In this document: positions 1 to 10,600 of the stretch, one piece after another | Layout of the letters: the number at the start of each line of letters is the position of its first letter | Position numbering within the stretch: the first letter of the stretch is position 1 | NCBI GenBank assembly: GCA_050123235.1 | Contig: JASFHL010000001.1 | Location: 20,651-84,650, forward strand | DNA length: 64,000 nucleotides | Direction of reading: 5' to 3' | Source: Candidatus Woesebacteria bacterium | GTDB taxonomy: Bacteria; Patescibacteriota; Microgenomatia; UBA1400; PJMF01 | Translations under genes and position numbers: made by a program | The notes under the pieces: model-generated | Told to the model about the DNA's origin: nothing | Databases searched by the model: none | The model's input: the letters and a program-made list of their open reading frames with translations, nothing else

Positions 1-2
1 GT

Positions 3-800
3 TTTAAGACTAATGATTTTCAGAATTTTTTAAATCAATTTTTTGGTCTAGCTAATACAGTTTTGATTTTATCTGGAAAAAAAAGCTTAGTTGAAAATAA
101 TAAGATCTTAGAAGAACTAGATAAATTTTTTAGCAAAACCCCTGATTTTAGAACTACTCAAGATAAAAATTTGGATATTGGTAAGTTTTTGTCAGAAAAT
201 CCGATTTCTGTAGATAAACTTCACTTGGAATATAGAAAGACTGAACAAGCTCATTTTGTGATGGGGTGGCCTGCTATTAAAAGAAAAAGTAAAAAAAGAT
301 ATGCTTTGACCTTATTATCAGTGATTTTAGGGGGGAATATGAGTTCTAGGTTATTTAGTGAATTAAGAGAAAAACGAGGTCTTTGTTATTACATAAATAG
401 TGATATTGACCAATTTCATGATGGGGGAGTTTTTGGAGCTTCGGCCGGGGTTGATGTAAGCAGGGTAGAAGAGGCAATTAAATTGGCAATAGCTGAATTT
501 GCGGCTATTGCTGATGGTAGTAAAGCTATTAGTGATAAAGAGTTGCGAAAAGCCAAGGATCATTTGCTGGGTAAAATGGTCTTGGGTTTTGAAGACAGCG
601 AGGCTGTGGCTCAATATTTTGGTATGAAACAGTTATTGATGGGTCAGATCGAAACACCAGACGAAGTGCTAAAGAAAGTTCAGGCAGTCAGTAAAGAAGA
701 GATAGAGGCTTTGGCAAAAGAGATTGTTAAGCCTGCTGAGCTGCGTTTAGCTTTGATTGGTCCTTTTAAAGATAGAGGGAGATTTGAAAATATTATATGA
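3..800 (+). CDS. M16 family (insulinase-like) zinc peptidase, C-terminal part; 5' truncated by the window
   Basis: Frame open from base 3; EQAHFVMG, LGGNMSSRLFSELREKRGLCYY motifs of the M16 C-domain. Confidence 0.9.
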   Translation, partial: FKTNDFQNFLNQFFGLANTVLILSGKKSLVENNKILEELDKFFSKTPDFRTTQDKNLDIGKFLSENPISVDKLHLEYRKTEQAHFVMGWPAIKRKSKKRYALTLLSVILGGNMSSRLFSELREKRGLCYYINSDIDQFHDGGVFGASAGVDVSRVEEAIKLAIAEFAAIADGSKAISDKELRKAKDHLLGKMVLGFEDSEAVAQYFGMKQLLMGQIETPDEVLKKVQAVSKEEIEALAKEIVKPAELRLALIGPFKDRGRFENII

Positions 801-836
801 TGTTCTTGATTAATTCATGTCTAATTAGAATACTAT

Positions 837-993
837 ACTTTATTATAAGAGAATATTTCAGTCGTTCGCTGCAGCCTTGTTTTTTGATTGTGGGACATAA
901 AGCTCACTCGGTGAAGCTCGGTAGTATATAAAGTGCTAGCTCAATCCCAGCCATACCTCGCTTCAACGCTCAAATATTCTCTTATAATAAGGT
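837..993. repeat. Intergenic stem element, copy 1 (19-bp perfect terminal inverted repeat around a conserved core)
   Basis: ttattataagagaatattt 840-858 / aaatattctcttataataa 972-990; core shared with 20130-20290. Confidence 0.85.
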
Positions 994-1071
994 CTAGGTA
1001 TTTAACGTATACATTAATCTAATCAAAGACATCGTGTAATACTTTACAAATTATAAAAAAAGAAAGGAAAT

Positions 1072-1542
1072 ATGAAAAATACTCGCACAGCAGTTTTAGT
1101 TAAACCAGATGGTCTACAAAGAGGCCTGATTGGTGAAATCATTAGCCGTTTTGAAAGAAAAGGTTTGAAGCTAATTGCTTTAAAAATGACTTACATGACT
1201 GACAAAATGCTTAGCGCATGGTATGCAGAACACAAAGATAAGAGTTTTTTTAAAGACCTTAAAATGTTTATGAGTTCTATGCCTATTGTGGCTATGATTT
1301 GGGAGGGAGTTGATGCAGTACCAGTGGTTAGAAAATTAGTAGGTACTACCTTGGGCAGGGAAGCAGAAGCAGGTTCTATTCGTGGTGATTTTGGAATGAG
1401 TCAACAATTCAACCTTATTCACGCTTCTTCTAGCAATTCTGATGCGGAAAGAGAGATTGGGATAGTTTTTGATAAGGATGAATTGTTTGAATACAATGGA
1501 GCGTTAGATTGTGTAATTTATGCTGACGATGAAATATCGTAG
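1072..1542 (+). CDS. ndk: Nucleoside diphosphate kinase
   Basis: VKPDGLQRGLIGEIISRFE, GSIRGDFG, NLIHAS catalytic His; SD aaagga upstream. Confidence 0.97.
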   Translation: MKNTRTAVLVKPDGLQRGLIGEIISRFERKGLKLIALKMTYMTDKMLSAWYAEHKDKSFFKDLKMFMSSMPIVAMIWEGVDAVPVVRKLVGTTLGREAEAGSIRGDFGMSQQFNLIHASSSNSDAEREIGIVFDKDELFEYNGALDCVIYADDEIS

Positions 1543-1552
1543 CAGTAGAAAG

Positions 1553-1624
1553 TGCCCTCACCAGGAATCGAACCTGGATCTATCGCTTAGGAGGCGATTA
1601 TTCTATCCGTTTAACTATGAGGGC
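1553..1624 (-). tRNA. tRNA-Arg(CCT)
   Basis: Cloverleaf on minus strand: GCCCTCA/TGAGGGC acceptor, anticodon arm atcgc-ctCCTaa-gcgat, GGTTCGATTCC T-arm. Confidence 0.95.
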
Positions 1625-1738
1625 GTTTAGAAAGATTTATTAAATTAAACAATCTATTTTACCATTTCTCTTTCATTATAACTCTATAATCTAGATTAAA
1701 TCATTCAAATTAACTCTACATTTTTTACAGATACTTTA

Positions 1739-1767
1739 TTGACTCTTATTTCAAAAGTATATAACAT
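1739..1767 (+). promoter_or_regulatory. Putative sigma70 promoter of the F1-like cluster
   Basis: TTGACT-17 nt-TAACAT, ending 34 nt upstream of the ATG at 1802. Confidence 0.45.
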
Positions 1768-1801
1768 AAGATTACTATTTTTTGATGAATAGAAAATATC
1801 C

Positions 1802-2380
1802 ATGACAATTGAATTCAGAAAAGAGAACAAGAGTAAAGCTTCAAAGACAAGAAAAACAATTATTTTTTCTGTTTTCATAGCTTTATTTTTCCTCAGTATT
1901 GCTGGTTTTGCTTTTTCATATTGGCAATATAGTCAGGCTAAGAAACAACTTAGTTATTTATCATCAATTGACGGTCAAAGGGAAATGGCTCAAAAGGAGA
2001 TTGGGGCGCTATTGGAAAAGGTGAAAAAGCACATTGTTTTGCCAGATGATGAGCAACCAATTGTAGCTACTATTACTGATATTGAAACATTGGCTGCAGA
2101 GCAAGCTTTTTATCAAGGAGCTGAAAATGGAGACAAGGTTTTGATTTTTGTGAAGGCTAAAAAAGCATTGATTTACAGTCCTAGCCGAGATATTTTAGTT
2201 AATGTAGGTCCTGCTTACATGAATGCTCAACAATCAATGCCTGTTCCTGAGCAAGCAACTCAAACCGAAGAGGGAGAAATAGAAGAAAAAGAAGATTCGC
2301 AAGTTGAGCCGACTGTTAAAGCAGAGAAAGAGCCAACAGTTGCTGAGCAAGAGAAGCCTGCTAATTCAGAGGGTGAGTAG
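1802..2380 (+). CDS. Single-pass membrane protein (basic N-terminus, TM, short coiled coil, globular domain LPDDEQPIVATI...AENGDKVLI, acidic tail)
   Basis: Hydrophobic segment IIFSVFIALFFLSIAGFAFSYW; first gene of the F1-like cluster; function unknown. Confidence 0.75.
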   Translation: MTIEFRKENKSKASKTRKTIIFSVFIALFFLSIAGFAFSYWQYSQAKKQLSYLSSIDGQREMAQKEIGALLEKVKKHIVLPDDEQPIVATITDIETLAAEQAFYQGAENGDKVLIFVKAKKALIYSPSRDILVNVGPAYMNAQQSMPVPEQATQTEEGEIEEKEDSQVEPTVKAEKEPTVAEQEKPANSEGE

Positions 2381-2512
2381 CTTGATAATTTGCGGTACTT
2401 AGATAAAAACCTCATCTGTGTACTTTGGAACAACGGAAGATCACAAGTTTGACAGCCTAAGTGTTTGAGTAATTATTAATAGAAGATAGAAATGAACTTA
2501 TGAGTTCAAAAC

Positions 2513-3409
2513 ATGCCCAAAGTTGTTCGTAGTTTAATACTTTTTTTTATTTTCTTCAGTTTTTCTCCTTTTTTATTAGGCACTAATAAGTTTTCGATTA
2601 TTGATAGTCAGTTTTATGAAGTGGTACAAGCTCAGGAGCTTGATTCTCCTCAAGGATTAGGCATTGCTAAACAGCTACCCGTCACTGGTGATAATCTACT
2701 AGAAGGCTCAATTGTGTCTTATCGTGATTCAAACTATCAGTTGAGTTCAGAAGCTTATGATAAAAGCATGTTTGGGGTTGTCAGTCAAAACCCTGCTATG
2801 GAGATTAGTTTTGAGCAAGCAACTGATGCGCAATTAACCCCAGTAATTTCTGAAGGAATTGTGCCAGTGAGAGTTTCCCTCATCAACGGGCCGATTAAGA
2901 AAGGTGATCAAATTACCTCCTCTGACATTGCTGGAGTGGGAATGAAAGCTGAAAAATCTGGTTTCATTTTAGGCATTGCTCAAGAGAATAGCCCTGAAAT
3001 TTTAAATTCAGGCGAATCAACTGCTGAACAGGATGTTGCTAAGCTTAATTCAGAACAAGTAGTGACAATTTTGGTGGCACTAGATGTTAAGTTTGCTTTT
3101 TCTCAAGGTACTCCAGCTTCAAAGACAATTATCAAACGCTTACTTGATGTGGTGAATTTAAGTGCAATTGCAGTTTTTGAGGAACCAAAAGAGATCTTCC
3201 GTCATGTAGTAGCAGCTTTAGTAGTTTTAGTTGCTTTGGGATTTAGTTTTTTTAGTTTCGCCAAGTTAGCTAGAGGAGGAGTAGATGCTTTTGCTAGAAA
3301 TCCATTGGCTCATAAAACTATTAGTTTTGGAATCATCGTTAATGTTTTGCTCAGCATCTTAATTTTATTAACAGGTCTAGCAGCAGCCTATTTTATAATT
3401 TCGCTTTAA
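2513..3409 (+). CDS. Fusion protein: signal/TM + extracytoplasmic tailspike-chaperone-like domain + C-terminal ATP synthase c-subunit-like hairpin without the ion-binding carboxylate
   Basis: GVVSQNP...GIVPVRVS..NGPIKKGDQITSS..GVGMKA domain; two C-terminal TM helices joined by GVDAFARNPLA (c-subunit loop consensus A-R-N/Q-P); directly upstream of atpA. Confidence 0.7.
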   Translation: MPKVVRSLILFFIFFSFSPFLLGTNKFSIIDSQFYEVVQAQELDSPQGLGIAKQLPVTGDNLLEGSIVSYRDSNYQLSSEAYDKSMFGVVSQNPAMEISFEQATDAQLTPVISEGIVPVRVSLINGPIKKGDQITSSDIAGVGMKAEKSGFILGIAQENSPEILNSGESTAEQDVAKLNSEQVVTILVALDVKFAFSQGTPASKTIIKRLLDVVNLSAIAVFEEPKEIFRHVVAALVVLVALGFSFFSFAKLARGGVDAFARNPLAHKTISFGIIVNVLLSILILLTGLAAAYFIISL

Positions 3410-3440
3410 ATATAGCAATTTATGCAATAAGTACTGCAAT

Positions 3441-5120
3441 ATGTTAAAGAAATCAAAAAATAGATCAGTTGAAGAATACGGAATAGTGGAATCTATCAAT
3501 CATCCTTTATTGTTAGTTAAGGGTTTGCCTAATGCAAGGAGTGGTGATACTTTGATTTTTGAAAATGGTGCTATGGGACAAGTTCTAAACTTCAGCCATG
3601 CAGCTGAAGTGATGCTTTTTTCAGAAGAACTTGTTAAGGTGGGCAGCCGCTGTTTAAACACCGGTCAAACACTATCATTGCATGTCTCTACTGATCTTTT
3701 GGGAGCGGTAGTTGATCCCTTAGGTAAGTCTTTGGAAGAAAAAAAACCGGTTAAAAGTTTATCCAAAGATTGTTTTTTTAAATTAGCTAAATATGGAAAT
3801 TTGAATGACAGTGAATTCTTTGGTAAAAAACAGAGTTCCTTATTAAAGTTTGCTCGGAAAAGAGAGGCAGAAAAATCTAATAAGGCTTGTTATTTAGTTG
3901 ATAGCAAAGCTACTGCTTTAGAACAGAGGGCCCAATTAAAAGAACCTCTAGTGACAGCTAGTGCTATAGTAGATCTTTTGCTTCCCTTAGCTAAGGGTCA
4001 ACGCGAACTAGTAGTGGGAGATAGAAAAACTGGAAAGACTTCTTTTCTCTTAAATTTAGCTGAAAATCAAATCAGGGCTGGTGCAATAGTAATTTATGCT
4101 TTGATTGGCAAAAAAATGAGTGAAATCAAGGCAGTTAGACAGTATTTCATAGATAAGAAACTTAATCAAAAGATAGTGATTGTTGCTGCTGGAGCTAAGG
4201 CAGTGCCTAGTATTATTTATCTAACTCCTTTTAGTGCTATGACAATTGCTGAGTATTTTAGGGATCAGAGTAAGGATGTTTTATTGATTCTAGATGATTT
4301 ATCTACTCATGCTAAATTTTATAGAGAGATCTCTTTGCTAGCTAGGAAATTTCCAGGAAGAGATTCCTATCCTGGTGATATTTTCTATACTCATGCTCGT
4401 TTGTTGGAACGGGCTGGGAATTTCAAATCAACTGTACCAGCGAAAAAGGAAAATAGCGGAGTTGGGCAGGCTGAACCTAAGATTGCTAAAGCTAAGAATT
4501 CTGCTACTCAGGCTTCAGACACTAAAATCAATCCAACAGTCAGTATCTCTTGTTTACCAGTAGCCAACACAATAGAAAGTGATTTAACTGATTATATTGT
4601 ATCTAATTTGATTAGTATTACTGACGGTCATTTGTTATTTGATGCAGCAATGGTGAGAAGTGGTCAACATCCGGCCATAAATGTTGCCTTATCAGTAACT
4701 AGGGTCGGTAAACAAGTTCAAAGCCAAGTGGTGAGAGAGTTGAACACTAAATTGTTAGCCTTTATGAATAAATATAGAAAAAGTATGAGTTTTTCTCATT
4801 TTGGAGCTGAGTTAACTGCCGAAACTCAATTTTTGATTAACAAAGGTGAAGCTTTTGAAGCTTTTTTACTTCAAAAACCTGAGGAGATTATTCCTTTGCC
4901 AGTTCAAGTAGTAGTGGCAGCATTGCTTTGGTTTGATTATTTGCTTGATTTTGAAGCTGAACAGGTAAGGCAGTTACGTCAGCAGTTAACTAAGACTTAT
5001 CTCCAAAATCAAGAGATGAGAGACTTGTTTGATAATTTATTTAGACTGGAGAATTTAGATGAATTAAAAACAGAGTTAATGCCCCTCAAGGAGAAAATAA
5101 AAGAAATATTAAAAAACTAG
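3441..5120 (+). CDS. atpA: F1-ATPase alpha-like subunit (divergent, short N-terminus, two insertions)
   Basis: GQRELVVGDRKTGKT Walker A, LDDLSTHA, PGRDSYPGDIFYTHARLLERAG, ISITDG, SVTRVG arginine finger. Confidence 0.93.
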   Translation: MLKKSKNRSVEEYGIVESINHPLLLVKGLPNARSGDTLIFENGAMGQVLNFSHAAEVMLFSEELVKVGSRCLNTGQTLSLHVSTDLLGAVVDPLGKSLEEKKPVKSLSKDCFFKLAKYGNLNDSEFFGKKQSSLLKFARKREAEKSNKACYLVDSKATALEQRAQLKEPLVTASAIVDLLLPLAKGQRELVVGDRKTGKTSFLLNLAENQIRAGAIVIYALIGKKMSEIKAVRQYFIDKKLNQKIVIVAAGAKAVPSIIYLTPFSAMTIAEYFRDQSKDVLLILDDLSTHAKFYREISLLARKFPGRDSYPGDIFYTHARLLERAGNFKSTVPAKKENSGVGQAEPKIAKAKNSATQASDTKINPTVSISCLPVANTIESDLTDYIVSNLISITDGHLLFDAAMVRSGQHPAINVALSVTRVGKQVQSQVVRELNTKLLAFMNKYRKSMSFSHFGAELTAETQFLINKGEAFEAFLLQKPEEIIPLPVQVVVAALLWFDYLLDFEAEQVRQLRQQLTKTYLQNQEMRDLFDNLFRLENLDELKTELMPLKEKIKEILKN

Positions 5121-5166
5121 TTAGTGAGGATATGCCTACAATGCCTTGAAATTTAGAAAATTGTTT

Positions 5167-6054
5167 ATGACTTTAAAAAAAATTAAATCACAAGTAGTTT
5201 TTACTAAAGATTTTGCTAAGTTAACCAAAGCTTATCAGGAGATTGCAGTTATGAAGATACAAAAGGCTAGAAGACAGATTTTGAAAACTCGTGCTTATAT
5301 TGATGGTTTATTGGAAGTTTTTGTGGATGTTCGTGCTTCTCATCAGAAAGAAATGATTGCTGAGCTCAAAAAGAAAGGCAAAATAAAAGGAGATGAAGAG
5401 AATTGGCGTTTTACTGGTTTGGGAGAAAAGGAGCAAATAGTGGCTGTTTTATTTTCTCCTAGTAGTCACTTTACTGGTGATCTTAGCAGAAGAGTTTTTG
5501 CCAACTTTAAGAAATTTGTTAAAGAAAATGAAGCAGAGATTGTGGTGGTGGGTAAAATAGGTAGAGATTTAATGAAGGAGCATTTTGGCTCGGAGAAGTC
5601 ATATAAATATTTTGATTTGGACGAATCTTTATTGGATAAGCAAGACTTTCATCTTTTATTGGACTATTTAGTCAAATTTGCCATAGTTGAGGTATTTAAT
5701 GGTCGTTTTGTCAGTTTAGTACAGCAAGAATCAGTGCGTAGTAACCTCACAGCCAATGAATTATTGTTTGAGCAAGCAACAGAACTTGAGAAAAGAGATA
5801 GTTTTTTATTTGAACCTTCGGTAGATAGAATTTTAGATTTTTTTGAAAAACAAGTTTTTGCTGCACTTTTACGCCAGACATATCATGAATCTTATTTAGC
5901 TAATCTGGCTTCTCGTATCACAAATTTGGAATCAGCTATTGATTTGACTGAGAAGAAAGAACAATCATTAATTTTCAAACAAAACAGGGTTAGACAGCTA
6001 CTAGTTAATAAAAAGCAACGGCAGAGACTGGCTGGAGTTAGTCTTTGGACTTAA
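5167..6054 (+). CDS. atpG: F1-ATPase gamma-like subunit (divergent)
   Basis: Lies between alpha and beta; LTKAYQEIAVMK N-terminal helix, VVGKIG, FLFEPS, LASRITNLESA C-terminal helix; ATG 5167 preferred over TTG 5146. Confidence 0.88.
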   Translation: MTLKKIKSQVVFTKDFAKLTKAYQEIAVMKIQKARRQILKTRAYIDGLLEVFVDVRASHQKEMIAELKKKGKIKGDEENWRFTGLGEKEQIVAVLFSPSSHFTGDLSRRVFANFKKFVKENEAEIVVVGKIGRDLMKEHFGSEKSYKYFDLDESLLDKQDFHLLLDYLVKFAIVEVFNGRFVSLVQQESVRSNLTANELLFEQATELEKRDSFLFEPSVDRILDFFEKQVFAALLRQTYHESYLANLASRITNLESAIDLTEKKEQSLIFKQNRVRQLLVNKKQRQRLAGVSLWT

Positions 6055-6057
6055 ATT

Positions 6058-7440
6058 ATGAAAAACTGTGGAATCATTATTTCTCTTAATGTGCAAGTAG
6101 CAGAAGTGGAATTTAGTAAAAACTATCCTAGTATCCATGAGTTATTGATTTTAAATGGTGATAAATCAGTGATTTTGGAAGTTTATGCTTCTGCTAGTAA
6201 AAATTCATTTTATTGTTTGGTTTTATCTGGTCATGAGAAATTGACCAAGGGAGCTAAAGTTACTTGCACTCATCAGGCTTTGAGTGTACCGGTAGGTAAG
6301 ATGGTTTTAGGCAGAATGTTTGATATTTTTGGTCGGTCTTTGGATGGAAAGGATTTAAATCCAAGAGTTAAACAATCAATTTATCAGCGTCCTACCCTGT
6401 CTCTTAATGAAGTTGTGCCAGCGGATCAGATTTTGGAGACTGGTGTGAAGGTGATTGATTTTTTTGCTCCTTTACTTAAAGGCGGTAAAATGGGCTTATT
6501 TGGTGGTGCTGGTTTGGGTAAAACTTTGATGTTAACAGAATTGATTAATAATATTGTTATTTTAAGAAAAAAGAAAGGAAGTACTCAAAAACGGAGTCAT
6601 GTTTCTGTTTTTAGTGCTGTGGGAGAGCGTTCCAGGGAAGCGCTTGAACTTCACGCTTCTCTACAAGAAGCTGGCGTGTTGCAAGATACCACGCTAGTAA
6701 TTGGCCAAATGGGTGAGAATCCAGTAGTCAGGTTTAGAACTGCTTTAGCAGGAGTAACCTTAGCTGAGTATTTTAGAGATGAACAAAGGCAAGATGTTTT
6801 GTTTTTTATGGATAATGTTTATCGTTTTGCTCAAGCTGGTTATGAATTGTCAACCTTAATGAATATGATCCCCTCAGAGGATGGTTACCAAGCTACTTTG
6901 CCATCAGAGATTGCTTCTTTGCATGAAAGATTGAGTTCAACTGATAAAGCTAGTATTACCATGGTCGAGGCAGTTTATTTACCGTCTGATGATATTAATG
7001 ACTATAGTGTGCGTTCTGTTTTTCCATATCTGGATAGCGTAGTAGTTCTCTCACGTGATGTTTATCAAACAGGCCGTTTGCCAGCAATCGATTTGTTAGC
7101 TTCTAATTCTGCTGCCATGAATCCTGAAATAGTAGGGGAAGAACATTATCAGACTTATATTAAAGCCAAACGTTTGTTGGAAAAAGCATCTGGGTTTGAA
7201 AGAATTGTTTCCCTGGTAGGTGTTTCTGAATTAAGCAAGGAAAATCAAACAATCTATAAAAGAGCAGAGTTGTTGAAAAATTATATGACTCAAAATTTTT
7301 TTGTAGCTGAAGCTCAAAGTGGTAGAAAAGGTAATTACGTTAAATTAAAGCAGACAATCAAAGATGTTTGTAGAATTTTAGCAGGTGACTTAGATGAGAG
7401 TCAGCCAGATAAACTAAGCTTTATTGCAGCAATAAAGTAG
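6058..7440 (+). CDS. atpD: F1-ATPase beta-like catalytic subunit
   Basis: GGAGLGKT Walker A, GERSRE catalytic Glu/Arg, FMDNVYRF, GYQATL; DELSEED replaced by SELSKEN. Confidence 0.95.
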   Translation: MKNCGIIISLNVQVAEVEFSKNYPSIHELLILNGDKSVILEVYASASKNSFYCLVLSGHEKLTKGAKVTCTHQALSVPVGKMVLGRMFDIFGRSLDGKDLNPRVKQSIYQRPTLSLNEVVPADQILETGVKVIDFFAPLLKGGKMGLFGGAGLGKTLMLTELINNIVILRKKKGSTQKRSHVSVFSAVGERSREALELHASLQEAGVLQDTTLVIGQMGENPVVRFRTALAGVTLAEYFRDEQRQDVLFFMDNVYRFAQAGYELSTLMNMIPSEDGYQATLPSEIASLHERLSSTDKASITMVEAVYLPSDDINDYSVRSVFPYLDSVVVLSRDVYQTGRLPAIDLLASNSAAMNPEIVGEEHYQTYIKAKRLLEKASGFERIVSLVGVSELSKENQTIYKRAELLKNYMTQNFFVAEAQSGRKGNYVKLKQTIKDVCRILAGDLDESQPDKLSFIAAIK

Positions 7441-7647
7441 CGACAAAGTTTAGGAAGTTGTTTAGAAGATTCGTTTAAAAATTTTCAGCTTAAAGAAATA
7501 GTAATTAAATCTAATCTTCGCTCTTTTTTCGTCTATTAATTCTATTACACATTGTATATGCTAAAAAGATAGACTAATTAACTTAGTAGTTTTAGTGTTC
7601 AATAAATCATATTTTAATTGTATTAAGAACTCAAACTACTGCCCATC

Positions 7648-10600
7648 ATGACAGAAGCTGATAATTTGATTAAAACTAGTTTCCTCAAGAAGATAGTTGC
7701 TTTCTGTTTTTTTTCTTTAATCAGCCTTTTAGTTTTTAGCTTAGCTCAAATTCTTTTAGATAAGAATCCAAGTTTTACTGGGTATGATGATAATTCTCAA
7801 GTTTTAAGATCAGCTGAAAATTTAAAACAGAGCAATAGAGCTAAAGTTTTAGCTGCTGCTGATGAAAGAACAGACAGGCAATCATTGATGACTTTTAATA
7901 TTGAGACAGTTTTTAAAAAATTACTAAAAGTTGCTGGATTGAAAGTAGAGGAAGAGGCTGAGTTCGCTGGTACTAGCACTTTTAATGCTGCTTCAGAATT
8001 TAATGATAGTGTTACTTTTAATGGAGATGTTAATTTAGCAGAAAATGTGACAGTCAGTGGTCCATTAACTTTACTTAATGATATCACTGGCAAAAATATT
8101 AGTTTAGACCTAGGCACTACTGGTAAACTAACTGCTAGCAATGTAATCTATTCACTTACAGCAGGGGATGGTATTAGCATCACTAGTGGACAAACGCCAA
8201 CCATTACTAATGACGACCCTGGTTCTGATCAATTGATTTTTTCTACTATTGAAGTTGATGGCTCTGGTGTCACAGCTGGCTCCAATACTGATACTCTCAA
8301 GTTTATTTCTGGATCTGGAATAAGTTTGAGTCGATCAGGTAAAGAGATCACTATTTCTGGTACAGGCATAGGCTGGACAACAAGCGGTGATTATGTGATT
8401 TTGTCTGATTCCACAGATACTGTAGGAATTGGTACTGCCACTCCCAATGCTAAATTGGAAATTAATAGCGGGAGCGATGATACTTCTGGTCTACGTTTTA
8501 CCCAGCTGACTGGCGGTTCTACTTCAATTTCCAACCCCAGTGGCGGCAAAGTACTAACTGTTGATGCAGGCGGAAATGTAATCTTGGTTGATGATCAAAC
8601 TGGAGGTAGCCAAACTGCGGAGGAGATTCTACCTAGTGCTAGCCAAGGTGGCACACTATATTACAACGGCAGTAATTGGGCTTCTAGCACTAATCTTTAT
8701 CATTATGGTGGTAATGTGGGTATTTATGAAACAGGTCCTCAAGGAAGATTACATGTGACCACCAATTACAATGTGATTGGCTTAGTAGTGGAAAGAGAAT
8801 CTGGTCAAACTTCTAATCTCACCGAATGGGTAGATGCAAACTTTACAGCTGGAGATACTCCGCTTTCATATATTGATACTAGTGGTAATTTTCATGGCGA
8901 TGTAGTGGGCGATGTTACAGGTTCAATTAATCCTAGTCTTACAACAGGGCAATTAGCTTTTCAAGGAGCGTCAGGTCTAAGTGGGGATGATGGCTTGTTT
9001 TGGGATAATACTGGCAAAAACCTAGGTATTGGTACTACTGATCCTGGTAGTAAACTCCAAGTTGCCGGTAATATCACTCCTACTGTGACGGATTATGATT
9101 TGGGGACTTCTAGCTTGAGGTGGGATCTCTATGCCAATACTATCAATGCTGACAACACTATTACTTTGACTGGTTTAGGTATAGGCACTGACAATACTGT
9201 CTTGATTCTTGATTCTAGTAATCAAGTCACTACTGATGAAATTGATTCCAGAGTCTGGGGTTCTAGTTTAATCGATGGCTCTGGCACTCAAAATTACCTA
9301 ACTAAATGGTCTGATTCTGATTCTCTAACTGATAGCTTAGTTTTTGATAATGGTAGCAGTGTTGGCATCGGGACTAGTGCGGTAGATCACCTACTAAATG
9401 TAGGCGGTAATATGGGGCTTTTTGCTGATGCTTATATCAATTGGGGTAGCACTGACGGTTCCGATGGTTATGGCTTAAGAGATAATAGTGGGGTTATAGA
9501 ATATAAAAACAGTACTGGTGACTGGGCTACTTTTGCTTCTTTGAGTAATGATTCTTATGCCTCTCACCATGATCGTGTGGTAGATCCTAGTGGAGGTGGT
9601 ACCGATACCACTATCGCTGATGCCATTAGTAATGCTTCTGCAGGCGATGTAATCTTTATTGTGCCTGGCACTTATAGTTTGTCTAGCAACTTAAGCATTG
9701 ATAAATCCTTAACTTTACTTGGTGCTGGTCGTGATGCCACCATTGTTAATGGAGTTGATGGTAGTGAAGCGACTATCAGCATTGTTGATGGAGTCAGTGA
9801 TGTGCAAATTAAAAATATGTCTATTACTAATGCTGGCAGTGGTTCTACTGATCATGTAATCCAAAAATTAGATAATACAGCAGGTGGCACTGGAGAAAAC
9901 TACTTATTTGAAAATCTAGAAATATCAGGTGGTTACCGTGGTATTTATATGGAAGATGGTGATCAAACTTCGATTATCAATTGTTATATTCATGATACTG
10001 GCAATATCGGTGTGCAAGTAGATAGCTCCAATGATCTACTAGTTTCTGATTCTGTATTTGAGTCAACTGGCAATAGTAGTGTCTACTTACAGAGTAGCTG
10101 GCGGGCGAAAATTACAGGTAACTATATCGAAGAAGCTGGCGATGATGGGATTTACCTCTATGGTGCTTATTATTCTACAGTCTCTAATAACACTCTTTTT
10201 GAAGTTGCTGATGTAGCAATTGCAGCCAGAGAAGCAGATTACAGTACTATTACAGCTAATGTCATTCAGGGAAATAAGTCTACTGATAAAACAAACATGG
10301 GTATTTATCTCAGGCAAGTTGATCATTTAGTAATTTCTAATAACAGCATGTATCGAATTAATGGTGATGGTATTGATACTTATGCTTCTGTGGCAATTAC
10401 TGATGTGGCAATCACTGGTAATGCCATTTATGATTCAGAGGGTTATGGTATGGATCTATCCTTAAGTGCAGCAGGTGGTAATTTTACTGTAACAGGCAAT
10501 AGCCTTAATGACAATGATTCTTATGGCATTCATTTGAATAATGAGTTTAAAAATTCCTTAGTTGCTAATAACATTTTTACCAGCAATGCTTCGGGGGATA

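Noticed and set aside
3441-7440. Canonical ATP synthase or N-ATPase operon
   Set aside because: No a, b or delta genes nearby, the c-like hairpin lacks the carboxylate, and gene order A-G-D differs from the N-ATPase order
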